Origin: an uncultured Pseudomonadota bacterium
GTDB taxonomy: Bacteria > Myxococcota_A > Polyangia > Fen-1088
DNA length: 64,000 nt
Assembly: GCA_963847705.1 (NCBI GenBank)
Contig: CAWKBC010000025.1
Coordinates: 31,891-95,890, forward strand
Direction of reading: 5' to 3'
The position numbers and the translations under genes were made by a program. Shown here piece after piece: positions 8,758 to 19,200 of this stretch (positions are counted from its first letter, which is position 1; each line of letters begins with the position of its first letter). The notes under the pieces are model-generated. The model was not told where the DNA came from. It saw nothing but the letters and a program-made list of their open reading frames with translations, and searched no databases.

Positions 8758-10248
8758 ATGAGCGCACGTTCGTCTCTCGGACTCCGGGCGGCGGCGCTGC
8801 CGCGCGCCCGTCTGTTCGGGCTGGCGCTGCTCGCCGCCGGGGCGCCGATCTTCTGGAGCGGCGCTGCCCGCGCCGACGGCGCCTTCCCCAACTCGCTCAG
8901 CATCCTGACGCCCGCCCAGCTGCCGAACGAGACGCTGCTGGCCACCAACTTCGGCCTGGTGATGTCGTTCGACCACGATCAGACCTGGATCTGGTCGTGC
9001 GAGCAGCCGCTGAACAGCTTCGCGACGCTCTACCAGATGGGGCCGCCGCCGCTCAATCGCATCTACGCCGTCTCGCCGACCAGCCTCATCACCACCGACG
9101 ACAGCTCCTGCACCTGGAACAGCTCCGCCAGCGGCGCGGTCGACGCCTTCGTCGACCCGACCAACCAGAACCGCGTGCTGGCGGTGGTCGCCAAGAGCGC
9201 CGACGCCGGCAGCGTCTACTCGGTGGTCGAATCGGCGGACGCCGGCACCAGCTTCCCCCAGCTCCGCTACACGGCGGTGGCCGGAGACCACATCACCGGC
9301 GTCGAGATCGCCCGCTCGGACCCGCAGACGGTCTACCTGACGCTCACCAGCGGCACGGCGTACGCGCCGAAGGTGGCGGTGACCAGCAACGGCGGCACCA
9401 GCTGGACGCTCCACGACCTCAGCACCACGCTGCCCGCAGGCACCTACAGCATCCGGCTGGTCGCCATCGATCCGACCGACCCCAAGCGGTTGATCCTCCG
9501 CGTGGGCAGCAGTGCAGGCGAGGCGCTGGCGATCAGCACCGACGGCGGCGCCTCGGCCGCCACGCCGCTCACCTTCCCCGGCGGGGTCTTCACCGCGTTC
9601 GCGCGCATGCCGAGCGGCTCGCTCATCGCAGGCGGCGTCGTCGGGACCACCAACGTCGGGTACCGCTCGACCGACGACGGCGTGTCGTTCCCGGCGCTGC
9701 CGGCGGTGCCGTTCACGTTCAAGGCGATGTCGGCCCGCGGGACGACGCTCTACGCCGCCCTGGACAACATGAGCGACGCCTTCGCGATCGAGACCTCGCC
9801 GGACGAAGGGATGACCTGGCAGCCGTTGATGCGCTTCAACAAGGACGTCGACGGCGGCGCCACCGGCTACCTCCAGGCGATCCAGACCTGCCTGATGTCC
9901 TTCTGCCAGCCCGACTGCGAGACCCGCTCCAGCGCGGAGCTCTTCTCCGAGGACGTCTGCTCGGCGGCCGTCATCCCCGATCCGCTCGACGCGGGCGGGA
10001 CCGGCGGGGCGCCCGGTAGCGGTACAGGCGGCGCCAACGGCAAAGGTGGCGCCAACGGCACGGGCAGCAGCGGAAGCGGCGGGAGAACGACCTCCGACGG
10101 CGGGTCCCCCGACGCGCCTGGCGGTACGTCCTCCGGCAGCGGCTGCGGCCACTGCGCTCTCGAGCCCGAGCCGGCCGCCGGGTCGCTCTCCCTCAGCGCG
10201 CTCCTCGGCATGGTGGTCTTTCTCGGCCTCCGGCGACGGCGCCGCTAA
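8758..10248 (+). CDS. Secreted BNR/Asp-box beta-propeller protein with MYXO-CTERM-like anchor
   Basis: Signal peptide ...AARA|DGAFP; repeated SxDGGxSF/W boxes (SADAGTSF, TSNGGTSW, STDGG, STDDGVSF, SPDEGMTW); SGCGHC + TM + RRRRR. Confidence 0.85.
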   Translation: MSARSSLGLRAAALPRARLFGLALLAAGAPIFWSGAARADGAFPNSLSILTPAQLPNETLLATNFGLVMSFDHDQTWIWSCEQPLNSFATLYQMGPPPLNRIYAVSPTSLITTDDSSCTWNSSASGAVDAFVDPTNQNRVLAVVAKSADAGSVYSVVESADAGTSFPQLRYTAVAGDHITGVEIARSDPQTVYLTLTSGTAYAPKVAVTSNGGTSWTLHDLSTTLPAGTYSIRLVAIDPTDPKRLILRVGSSAGEALAISTDGGASAATPLTFPGGVFTAFARMPSGSLIAGGVVGTTNVGYRSTDDGVSFPALPAVPFTFKAMSARGTTLYAALDNMSDAFAIETSPDEGMTWQPLMRFNKDVDGGATGYLQAIQTCLMSFCQPDCETRSSAELFSEDVCSAAVIPDPLDAGGTGGAPGSGTGGANGKGGANGTGSSGSGGRTTSDGGSPDAPGGTSSGSGCGHCALEPEPAAGSLSLSALLGMVVFLGLRRRRR

Positions 10249-10259
10249 AATGCGGGGAA

Positions 10260-10769
10260 GTGCCTCGCCCCACCCCCCTTTGCGCCGCTCTGCTCGCCGC
10301 CGTCGGCCTGCTGCTCGCAGGCCCCGGCCGGGCAGGTGCAGCCGGGGCCTGCGGCGCGGCTGACGCGCGGATCGTCGTCGAGACCGGCGCCCACCGGCTG
10401 GTGCTCTGCGAACGCGAGCGCGAGGTCGCCACCTTCTCCGTCCGCCTCGGACGCGGCGGCGTCGGCAAGACGGCCGAGGGGGACGGCAAGACGCCGCTCG
10501 GCACCTACCCGCTCGGCGAGCCGAGGAAGTCCGACCGCTACGGCACCTTCATCCCGATCGGCTACCCCACCCCGGACCAGCGGCGGCGCGGCTTCACCGG
10601 CGGCGACGTCGGCGTCCACGGCCCACACCGCTGGGTCCGCTGGCTCGGCTCGCTGGTCAACAGCTTCGACTCCTCCAACGGCTGCGTCGGCCTCGCCACC
10701 GACGGCGAGATGGCGACCATCGCCACCTGGGTCCGAACCGCTCACGCCCAGACGGTCGAGCTTCGCTAG
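10260..10769 (+). CDS. L,D-transpeptidase (YkuD) family protein
   Basis: K..EGDGKTPLGTY, IGYP, GGDVGVHG...SNGCV catalytic His/Cys. Confidence 0.9.
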   Translation: MPRPTPLCAALLAAVGLLLAGPGRAGAAGACGAADARIVVETGAHRLVLCEREREVATFSVRLGRGGVGKTAEGDGKTPLGTYPLGEPRKSDRYGTFIPIGYPTPDQRRRGFTGGDVGVHGPHRWVRWLGSLVNSFDSSNGCVGLATDGEMATIATWVRTAHAQTVELR

Positions 10770-10896
10770 CACCCTTCAGCGCCTCTTCTGGCCGTTCCTG
10801 GGTCCGCACCTTTTCCGGACCCGGGCCGAAGATGTGCCAAATTGAGCCACGAACTGGAAGATCGGCCGCGACTAGATGTAGCGTCTAAGCCCAAAC

Positions 10897-11763
10897 ATGA
10901 TCTCGATGCGTGGCTTAGGGATGCTCTGCGCAGCGACCTTCGTGGCGGCCCTCGTGCCGGCCGCGGGTCTCGCGGCGCCAGGGGAAGCGGCGCGGCCGCG
11001 GGTGGTGGTGGTGAACGCGGTCGACCTGCCGGACAGCCTGGCCGACATCCGCGCCCAGCTGCGCACGACATTGAACGACGCGGTCACCAAGCACGGCTAC
11101 GACCTGGCGCCCGAGGCCGGGTCGTGCGCCGATCGCGAATGCCTGAAGGTCGCTGCGGTGAGCGCGGGCGCCAGTGACGTCCTGGTCGCCACCGGCGGCC
11201 GCAACGACATGCGCGGCTACCACGTCGAGCTGCGGATCTGGAACATCGCCAGCGACCGCGAAGACAACGCCGTCGCCGAGTGCAACATCTGCGCGGCCCA
11301 GCAGATGGTCGACAACGTCCAGAACGCCGCCGACCCCCTGCTCGACCGCGTCCCCACCCTGCACGCCAACCTCTCGGCGACCGCGGTCCCGTCCGTCGCG
11401 GTCGAGCCCGCCCCAGGAACGGTTCCCCTCCTCGAAACCCCCGCCCCAACGCCAGAGCACAAAAAGCACCGCTGGCTCGGCTGGACGCTGATCGGCGCGG
11501 GCGTCGCGGCAGGAGCGGTGAGCGGGGTCTTGATCGCCATCAATGGAAACAACATCGACAACTGCATGACGGGCCTGCCGGCGGATATCTCCCCATGCGC
11601 GCACCAGCGGACGACGCTGGTCCCAGGGATCATCACCGCCGGAATCTCCGCCGCGGCGATCGTCGGCGGCGTCGTCTATCTTCTCCACGGCAGCGAGGAC
11701 CACCCCGGCGGCGTGGCCCTCACGATTCAACCGTTCGGTCTGACTCTGGGAGGTCGCCTGTGA
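10897..11763 (+). CDS. Secreted/membrane protein with Cys pairs and myxobacterial-type hydrophobic C-terminal region
   Basis: Signal peptide; CADREC, ECNIC; WLGWTLIGAG...; ends PFGLTLGGRL; stop overlaps next start. Confidence 0.75.
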   Translation: MISMRGLGMLCAATFVAALVPAAGLAAPGEAARPRVVVVNAVDLPDSLADIRAQLRTTLNDAVTKHGYDLAPEAGSCADRECLKVAAVSAGASDVLVATGGRNDMRGYHVELRIWNIASDREDNAVAECNICAAQQMVDNVQNAADPLLDRVPTLHANLSATAVPSVAVEPAPGTVPLLETPAPTPEHKKHRWLGWTLIGAGVAAGAVSGVLIAINGNNIDNCMTGLPADISPCAHQRTTLVPGIITAGISAAAIVGGVVYLLHGSEDHPGGVALTIQPFGLTLGGRL

Positions 11764-13316
11764 GCGCTCGTTGGCTGTGTGGTCTAGCTCTGCTCGCAAC
11801 CGCAGCCTTCGGTTGCACGAAGCTCAACCCAGGCCGCTGCGATCAGTCGAGTGACTGCAGCACGGGACATTGCAACCTCAAGAACAACCTATGCGAGGTT
11901 GACGGTGGGGTTGGTGGCCGCGGCGGCGTCGGCGGATTCGGAGGAGCGGCCGGCGCCAAGGGCACGGGCGGCACGCCTTTCGCCTGCCCCAATTCCACAT
12001 GCACCGGGAAGACCCCCATCTGCGACGTGGATGCCGGGAGCTGCCGCGCTTGCAACAGGGCGACGATCGGCGCTTGCGGCAGCCCGGATGGCGGTTCGCC
12101 AGTCTGCGTGCCGGGCGACGCCGGCTCGCTGGCCGGAATGTGCGTTGGTTGCCTGGCGAACAGCGACTGCAAGACGCCCCAGGCCCCCATCTGCAACACC
12201 TCCACGGGAACCTGCCAGGCATGCGCGGATTCCAACGCGTGCGCGACGAAGGATCCGACCAAGCCCGTCTGCGTGACGATCGCGACCGCCACCTTGGAGA
12301 AGGGGACGTGCGTCGGCTGCCTCGCGAACAGCGACTGCAGCGCCACCTCCCAGGCCCCCATCTGCAACACCTCCACGGGAACCTGCCAGGCATGCGCGGA
12401 TTCGAGCGCGTGCGCGACGAAGGATCCAAACAAGCCCGTCTGCGTGACGACCGCGACCACCACTTTGATGAAGGGGACGTGCGTGGTCTGCGTAAGCAAC
12501 AGCGACTGCACCACGCCGACTGCGCCGATTTGCAGCCAGTCCTCGAACACCTGCGTTCCCTGCGGCCCGGACTCGGACTGCACCGGAGGCCCGGGGGTCT
12601 GCATGACCGACGGCCACTGTGCGACCGACTCCGAGTCGATCTACGTTCAGAACAACACGACGAGCTGCACGACCACTGCTTCCAGTTCGGGCGGGACCAA
12701 GACACAGCCGTTCTGCTCGATGGAGCCGGTGGCAACCGCCCTCGCCCCGGGACGCGATCTGGTCGTCGTCAATGGAACCAGCGGGACGATCACCGGGGGA
12801 AGCTGGACCTACGCCAACCAGGTCGGCGCGCAGCTCTCGATCGTCGGCAAACAGAACCCCACGATCGGAAGCGTTTCGATTCCCGCCTTCGGCATGCAGT
12901 CGGGGACGGTCAACATTCGCTCAGTGACTTTCCAGTCCTTGTCGTCGATGGGAATCAGCGCCTCCGGCGGCACACTGGATCTCGAATACGTCACAGTGAC
13001 CAGCTGTGGGGGCGGCGGAATTCTATTGAGCAATGCCGCTTTCGACATCGAGAACACGACCGTCAAGAACAACGGTCCGAGCTCCGACTTGACCTGGGGG
13101 GGGATTAAAGTTCAATCGTTGCCGGCCAGTGGCCCGGCCAAGTTCAACCTGGTCACGATCACCGGAAACACCCCATCAGGAATCTCTTGCGCTTCCGGCG
13201 CGGCACCGATGGGCACCGGGGTGTTGGCTTCGGGGAATGGTTCTGGCGACATCAGCGGGACCTGCAACATCACGGCGTGCACGCCGGCGACTGCGACGTG
13301 TGGGTCCCAGCAATGA
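11760..13316 (+). CDS. Cys-rich repeat lipoprotein with C-terminal right-handed beta-helix-like region
   Basis: GTG overlaps upstream TGA; lipobox AAFGC; many CxxCxxxSDC repeats; GTKTQPFC and GGGILL/NNG beta-helix motifs. Confidence 0.8.
   Translation: MSARWLCGLALLATAAFGCTKLNPGRCDQSSDCSTGHCNLKNNLCEVDGGVGGRGGVGGFGGAAGAKGTGGTPFACPNSTCTGKTPICDVDAGSCRACNRATIGACGSPDGGSPVCVPGDAGSLAGMCVGCLANSDCKTPQAPICNTSTGTCQACADSNACATKDPTKPVCVTIATATLEKGTCVGCLANSDCSATSQAPICNTSTGTCQACADSSACATKDPNKPVCVTTATTTLMKGTCVVCVSNSDCTTPTAPICSQSSNTCVPCGPDSDCTGGPGVCMTDGHCATDSESIYVQNNTTSCTTTASSSGGTKTQPFCSMEPVATALAPGRDLVVVNGTSGTITGGSWTYANQVGAQLSIVGKQNPTIGSVSIPAFGMQSGTVNIRSVTFQSLSSMGISASGGTLDLEYVTVTSCGGGGILLSNAAFDIENTTVKNNGPSSDLTWGGIKVQSLPASGPAKFNLVTITGNTPSGISCASGAAPMGTGVLASGNGSGDISGTCNITACTPATATCGSQQ
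12141..12510 (+). repeat. Recent internal tandem duplication (168/171-bp units) in the Cys-rich lipoprotein
   Basis: Units begin at 12141, 12309 and 12480 (partial); caggcccccatctgcaacacctccacgggaacctgccaggcatgcgcggattc is identical in the first two. Confidence 0.9.
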
Positions 13317-13340
13317 GACTCGCCGCCAGGGGAATCTGCC

Positions 13341-15182
13341 GTGAGTGACGAACACGACTACATTCAGTTTGGTCCCTACCTGATCGTGCGCCTCTCGGGC
13401 GCCGGCGGGATGGGGCGGGTCGAGGTGGCGTTGCGGACGGACGGAGAGGATCCCAACGTCTGTGTGATCAAGCGGCTGCACGGGGCGCTGCACGACGAGG
13501 AGCAGGAGGCGCGGTTCCGGCGGGAGGCGCAGATTGCGGCGCGGCTCGAGCACGAGAACATCGCGCGCACGCTGCGCATCGAGAAGATCGAGGGCGAGCT
13601 GTGCATCGTGCAGGAGCTCATCGAAGGGGTGAACCTGGGGAAGGTCATGCGGCAGCTGGGGGTGCGGCCCTTGCCCATCGTCGTCGCGGTTCACGTGGTG
13701 AGCGCGGTCGCCCGCGCGCTCGCGCATGCGCACGGGTTTGGCCGCCTGGGAATCGTGCACCGCGACGTGACGCCCGAGAACGTCATGTTGTCTTTCGCCG
13801 GGGACGTGAAGCTGATCGATTTCGGGACGGCCCGCTCCGCGGTCGACGCGCGGCTGACGGACACAGGTGTGGTCGTCGGGCGGCGCAGCTACGTCCCCCC
13901 CGAGGCCTGGGAAGGGGAGAGGGTCGACCACCGCGCCGATGTTTACGCCCTCGGCGTGGTGCTGTGGGAGGTGCTGACCGGCCGCCGTGCCGAGGAGGCG
14001 CCCGACGCGTCGCTCCCCGACGCCTCGACGCTCAACCCGGAGGTCACGCTGTTGCTGGGCCAGGTTGTCTCGCGCGCGATGGCGCCGGCGCCCGAGGATC
14101 GCTACCAGTCGGCGGACGAGGTCGCCGCGGCGCTGGCGGCGTTCATCCCGCCAGAGACCGACCCGAGGCGCGATCTGGCCGATCTGCTGGGGCTCTGCTT
14201 CAACGTCACGCTTCAGAAGCAGCTTTTGGCGGATGACATCGCCGAGGCGAAGCGGTTCCTTTACGACGGACATGTCGTCACTCTCCCTTTGCCGGCCCTG
14301 TCCGAGCTTTCGGAACCGCAAGACGTCGAGGAGATCGTGCCGGTGCTCGAGCCGGCGATGCCCGCCGATGCGACGGTGCGGACCGTCCCGGTGGCGAACG
14401 CCCCGACAGCGACCGTGCCGAACGCCCCGGTGGCGTACGCCCCGACAGCGACCGTGCCGAATATCCCGGTGGCGAACGCCCCGGTGGCGACGGTGGCGAA
14501 TGCCCCGGTGGCGAACGCCCCGGCGGCGACGGTGGCGAATGCCCCGGTGGCGAACACCCCGACAGCGACGGTGCCGAATGCCCCGCGCGCGACGGACAGG
14601 CGACGCGCCAGCCCCGGTCCGTGGTTGGCTGCCGGCGTGGCCGCCATCGTGGCGACCTCCGGGATCGGGCTCCTTCGCACGCACGGCCGGTCGGCGCGGT
14701 CGCGCGCCTCGGCGGCGTCGATGATCGTGGCGCCACCGGTCGTGGCGCCGCCGGTCGTGGCGCCGCCGCTGCCCGAAGCCCCCGCGGCGATCGCGGCCAG
14801 GCCGGCGGAGCTCGAGGCCCCCGTTCCCACAACCGACGGTGCACGCCCGGTCGTCGGCCCTGCGCCCGATGCGTCCCATGCGGTCCATTCAATCGACCGG
14901 CCGCCGCACAACGCCCCCGCAGACAAGTTGCTCCGCCAAGCCAACGATCTGTGGGAGCGCGGAAACACGCCCCGGGCCTACGCCCTGGCGCGCCAGGCCG
15001 TGGCGGCCGGCGCAGGGGCACCCGCGCACGTCCTGCTGGGTGCGCTGCTCATCAACATGAAGAACTACGCCGCGGCGGAGCCGGAGCTGGCCACCGCCGC
15101 CCGTCTCGATCCCCGCAACGCCGAGGCGCGCAGAATGTTGGCGCTCCTCGATCGCACCGCCGCCGAGCATCAGGGAAAATAA
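13341..15182 (+). CDS. Hanks-type Ser/Thr protein kinase with repeat linker, TM helix and C-terminal TPR
   Basis: GAGGMGRV, VIKRL, RFRREA, HRDVTPENV, DFG, DVYALGVVLWE; TM WLAAGVAAIVATSGIGLL; TPR ending LDPRNAEA. Confidence 0.93.
   Translation: MSDEHDYIQFGPYLIVRLSGAGGMGRVEVALRTDGEDPNVCVIKRLHGALHDEEQEARFRREAQIAARLEHENIARTLRIEKIEGELCIVQELIEGVNLGKVMRQLGVRPLPIVVAVHVVSAVARALAHAHGFGRLGIVHRDVTPENVMLSFAGDVKLIDFGTARSAVDARLTDTGVVVGRRSYVPPEAWEGERVDHRADVYALGVVLWEVLTGRRAEEAPDASLPDASTLNPEVTLLLGQVVSRAMAPAPEDRYQSADEVAAALAAFIPPETDPRRDLADLLGLCFNVTLQKQLLADDIAEAKRFLYDGHVVTLPLPALSELSEPQDVEEIVPVLEPAMPADATVRTVPVANAPTATVPNAPVAYAPTATVPNIPVANAPVATVANAPVANAPAATVANAPVANTPTATVPNAPRATDRRRASPGPWLAAGVAAIVATSGIGLLRTHGRSARSRASAASMIVAPPVVAPPVVAPPLPEAPAAIAARPAELEAPVPTTDGARPVVGPAPDASHAVHSIDRPPHNAPADKLLRQANDLWERGNTPRAYALARQAVAAGAGAPAHVLLGALLINMKNYAAAEPELATAARLDPRNAEARRMLALLDRTAAEHQGK
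14388..14585 (+). repeat. 39-bp coding tandem repeat (PVANAPTATVPNA-like) x5
   Basis: Visible in both DNA (ccggtggcgaacgccccg...) and protein. Confidence 0.9.
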
Positions 15183-15236
15183 TCCCTACGTTCGTTCGTC
15201 GGCGTCGTTAGTTTAAGGAACGCCCGCACAGCGACG

Positions 15237-16103
15237 ATGGCCGATTCCCTGATCAAAGGCGTCTCCGACACGGCGTTCATGGTGGCGGCCTGGCGGGCCG
15301 CCGAATCGGAACGGCCGGACGCGCTGTTTCACGATCCATTCGCCGCGCGGCTGGCGGGCGCGCACGGCCGGGCGATCGTCGCCAGCCTGCGCGGCTTCCT
15401 GGGCGGCTGGCAGGTGGTGATCCGGACCCTGATCATCGACGACCTGATTCAGAAAGCCATCGTCGCGGGGGTCGACACCGTCGTGAATCTGGGCGCCGGG
15501 CTCGACGCACGGCCGTATCGCCTGGCGCTGCCCGAGTCGCTGCGTTGGATCGAAGTCGACTATCCACCGGTCATCGATTGGAAGGCCGACAAGCTGGCCA
15601 GCGATCGCCCGCGTTGTCGCCTCGACCGCCTCAAGCTCGACCTCGCCGATCTGACCGCGCGCCGCGCGCTGCTCGCCGATCTCGGCGCCTCGTCGAAGAA
15701 GATGCTGATCCTGACCGAGGGCGTGCTCCCCTACCTGACGACCGACGCTGTTGGCGCGTTGGCCGAGGATCTCAAGACGATCCGCGGCGTCTCCTGGATC
15801 GTCGACTACTTCTCGCCCGAGACGATGCGCTATCGCAAACTGATCGGCGTCAGCCGGCAGATGCGCGCGGCGCCTTTTCAATTCGAGCCAGGGGATTGGT
15901 TTGCGTTCTTCGCCCAGCACGGATGGAAGGTGGCCGAGATGCGCTATCTCGCCGACGAGGCGGTCCGCCGCGGGAGGCGGATGCCGCTGCCGTTCTTCGT
16001 GAGGTTGGTGGTGAAGTCCCGCCGGCTGCTCTCTCGCGGAAAGGGCGACGGACTGCAGAGATCGGCCGGCTATGCTCTGCTGAAGCCGACCGACGGCGCG
16101 TAA
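15237..16103 (+). CDS. SAM-dependent methyltransferase, LCM-like (TIGR00027-type)
   Basis: VSDTAFMVAAWRAAES.RPDALFHDPFA, VVNLGAGLDARPYRL, EVD, TEGVLPYL. Confidence 0.92.
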   Translation: MADSLIKGVSDTAFMVAAWRAAESERPDALFHDPFAARLAGAHGRAIVASLRGFLGGWQVVIRTLIIDDLIQKAIVAGVDTVVNLGAGLDARPYRLALPESLRWIEVDYPPVIDWKADKLASDRPRCRLDRLKLDLADLTARRALLADLGASSKKMLILTEGVLPYLTTDAVGALAEDLKTIRGVSWIVDYFSPETMRYRKLIGVSRQMRAAPFQFEPGDWFAFFAQHGWKVAEMRYLADEAVRRGRRMPLPFFVRLVVKSRRLLSRGKGDGLQRSAGYALLKPTDGA

Positions 16104-16248
16104 ACGCCTCACAACGGAAAACGGCTCAGCCAAACGAGCTGAAGTTTCACTTCGTGCAACGCTCGCCGGCGCATCCCATTGCGCAACGGGGCTAGGACCG
16201 CAGGCGATTTCGCGCTATGAACAACGAAAATCCGGCCGAGGTGTCCCG

Positions 16249-19200
16249 ATGGTCGAGATTCCCGACTCTCTCGTCGAGAGGCTCAAGGCGCGTCAGGTCG
16301 TTCTGGTCACGGGTCTTGGTTGCAGCGAGCTGGCAGGCGCGCCGAGCTGGAAAACATTCATCGACTCGCTCGCCGATCGTCCGGTGTTCTCGGACGTGCG
16401 CGCGCAGATCGCCGGGCTCATCGCCGCCGGTCGGCTGGGCGACGCGCTGGCGCTGATCCGCGATCTGCTCCCACCGGCGCAGGTCGAGGAGGCGATCGAG
16501 CGGGCGTTCGCCGACGGAGCGCCGCTCCCCGACAGCGTCCGGCAGGCCGCTGATTTTCCCTGGCGCGCCGTGGTGACCACCGCCTTCGATGATCAGTGGG
16601 CGCGCGCGCTGGCGGCCGCGACGACCCGGCGCGATCCGCTGCGCGTCCTGGTCGGGATCGACGCCTCGGCGCGCGCACAGTTCGGCGGCCCCGACACGCC
16701 GCTCCTGCACCTGTGCGGCCGGCGCGCGCTGCCCAAGAGCCTCTGCCTGGGTCCGGCCGACGCACGCCTCCGCCTCCTGCCCTCCGCCGGGATCGCCTGG
16801 CTCGAGCAGCTGCGGCGGCGGCGCTCGCTGGTGCTGATCGGGTTCCGCCCCACCGATCCCGATCTGGTGTGGCTCAGCTCCTGGCTCGCCGCGCATCCGG
16901 CGCAAGGCGGTGCCGGGCCTCACTATCTGTTCCTCGACCTCTCGGCGGAGGACGACCCGGACCGCGAGGCGATGGTCTGGGAGCTGCGCACCGGCCTCAC
17001 GATCCTCCCCTGCCTCGAGGGGACCGGCGAGGCGATGGCGCGGCTGGCGATGATCGCCGGATCGATCGGCACCCAGCTCCCGTCCTCGGACAGCGACGTC
17101 GATCTGGCGGCCTTGCTCGACCGCTGGGCCCGCAACCCGGACGATCCCGAGCCGCGTCAGATCTTGGCCCGCGCCGAGGGGGCGCTGCGCGACGAAGAGC
17201 GCTGGGATCGCCTGGTCGAGCTCCTGCTTCGCCGCCTCGACCTGCAGGACGAGCCACGCCAGCAGATCGCGGCGCTCGGCGAGGTGGCGCGCCTGTTTCG
17301 CGATCGGCTCGATGCGCCGGAGCGAGCCCTCAAGGCGGAGATCGTCATGTTGCGCCTCCTGCCCACCGACGATGATCTCTGGGAACGGCTGCGCGCCGAC
17401 GCGCGCGCGGGTGGCGCCTGGGGTGCCCTGTCGACCGAGGCCCGCTGGGTCGCCGAGATGGCGGGGGCCACACCGGCGGCGACCCGGATCTGGCGCGAGA
17501 TCGCCCGCGTCGAGCGCGAGGAGCTGGATCGCCCGGACGACGCGCTCGCCGCGCTCGAGCAGGCGTTGCTGGCGACGCCCGGCCACCGCGAGGCGCGCGC
17601 GGAACAGGTCGCGCTCCTCCGCGCGCTCGGCCGCTGGGGTGAGCTGGTGGCCGCGTTGAAGGCGGCCGCGGCGGAGACCGACGAGCCGGAGCAGGCGATC
17701 GCTGGCCTCCTGGAGGCGGCCGAGATCCTCGAGGGTCCCGCCAACGATCCGGTCGGCGCCGCCCAGGCTTACGAGGCCACGCTGACGATCGCCCCCGAGC
17801 GCGAACAGGCCGCCGCCGCGCTCGAGCGGCTCTACGCCCGCGAGAAGCGCTGGGCCGATCTGGCCGCGCTGCTCGAGCGACGCGCCGACCGGCTGCCGGC
17901 GAGCGAGGCCTCCGCGCTGCGCCACCGGCGCGTCGACATCCTGGTCGACCATCTCGATGCCCTCGGCCAGGCGGCGGAGCAGCTGGAGGCGCTGGCGGCC
18001 GAGGGGGATCGCGGGGCGCTTCTCAAGCTCGAGCAGATCTACCGGCGTGCCGAGCGCCACGACGACTATCTCCAGATCTTGCGCCGGCTGGCCGATGCGG
18101 CCGGCAGCCAGCCGGAGCGGATCACCGCGCTGCGCCGCCTGGCCGCCGAGGGGGACGCGCTCCCCGACGGCGCGGAGCAGGCGGCGGACGCGCTGGACGA
18201 GATCCTGCGGCTCGACCCGCGCGACAGCGACGCGTTCGAGGCGCTCACCCGGCTCTGTCGCGCCCGCGGGCGTTTCGCCGCCCTGGCCGAGGCGCTCTCC
18301 CGTCGCCTGGAAGTGACCGAGACGGCGGAGGCGAAGCGAGAGCTGCTGGTGTCACTGGCCCAGATCTGCGAGACCGAGCTGGGGGATCCGGAGAGGGCGC
18401 TCGACGCCTACGTCGCCGCAAGGAGCGCGGGCGATCGCCGCGAGGAGATTCACGAGGCCACGGCGCGCCTCGCCGAGCGTCTCGGCCGCTGGTCCGTTTG
18501 CGCGGAGGCGCTGGGGGCCTGGGCGGAGGCGTCGACCGAACCGGAGCTGCGGGCAGAGGTCCTGGTCGAAGCGGCGGGCGTGTTCGTCGAGCACCTGCAT
18601 GACAGTCCCGCCGCCGAGGCGGCGCTGGAACGCGTGGCAGCGCTGGCGCCCGAGCACCCGCGGGCGCTCGCCATCCTCGGTCGGGTCCGGGAAGAGGGCG
18701 GCGGCTACGAGCAGGCCGTCGCGCTCTACGAGCGGGCGGCCAGCCAGGAGCCTGACCGCAGCGAGCAGTCGGCGCTGCTGACCCGCGCCGCCGTGGTGTT
18801 GATGGAGCACGGCCAGGACGAAGATCGGGCCGCCGATCTGCTGGTGCGGGCGCTGGCGGCCGATCCGGGCCACCGGGACGCCAACCTGCGCCTGGTCGAC
18901 GTCTACACCCGCCGCGAACAGTGGGCCGACGTCGAGGCGCTGCTCGACCGCGAGCTGGAGAGCGCGCGGACGCCGGGCGAGACGGAGAGGGACACCGAGC
19001 GCGTGGCCGCGTTGCAGACGCAGCTGGCGCGCGCCGCGCTGGCTCTGGGAAACGCGGAAAAGGCGCTCGCTTGCCTGGAGACCGCGCACCGGCTGCGGCC
19101 AGAGCTGCTGCCGATGCTGCGCACCTTCGCCGACCTTCGGTACGGGCGCGGCGAATGGAAGGAAGCGATCGTGCTCTACGAATCGCTGCTCGCGCTCCAC

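Noticed and set aside
12141-14585. Repeats as a CRISPR array
   Set aside because: They are in-frame coding repeats without unique spacers; no cas genes in the window.
16165-16185. Sigma54 promoter before the SIR2-TPR gene (CGGCGCATCCCATTGC)
   Set aside because: GG-to-GC spacing is 11 rather than 10.
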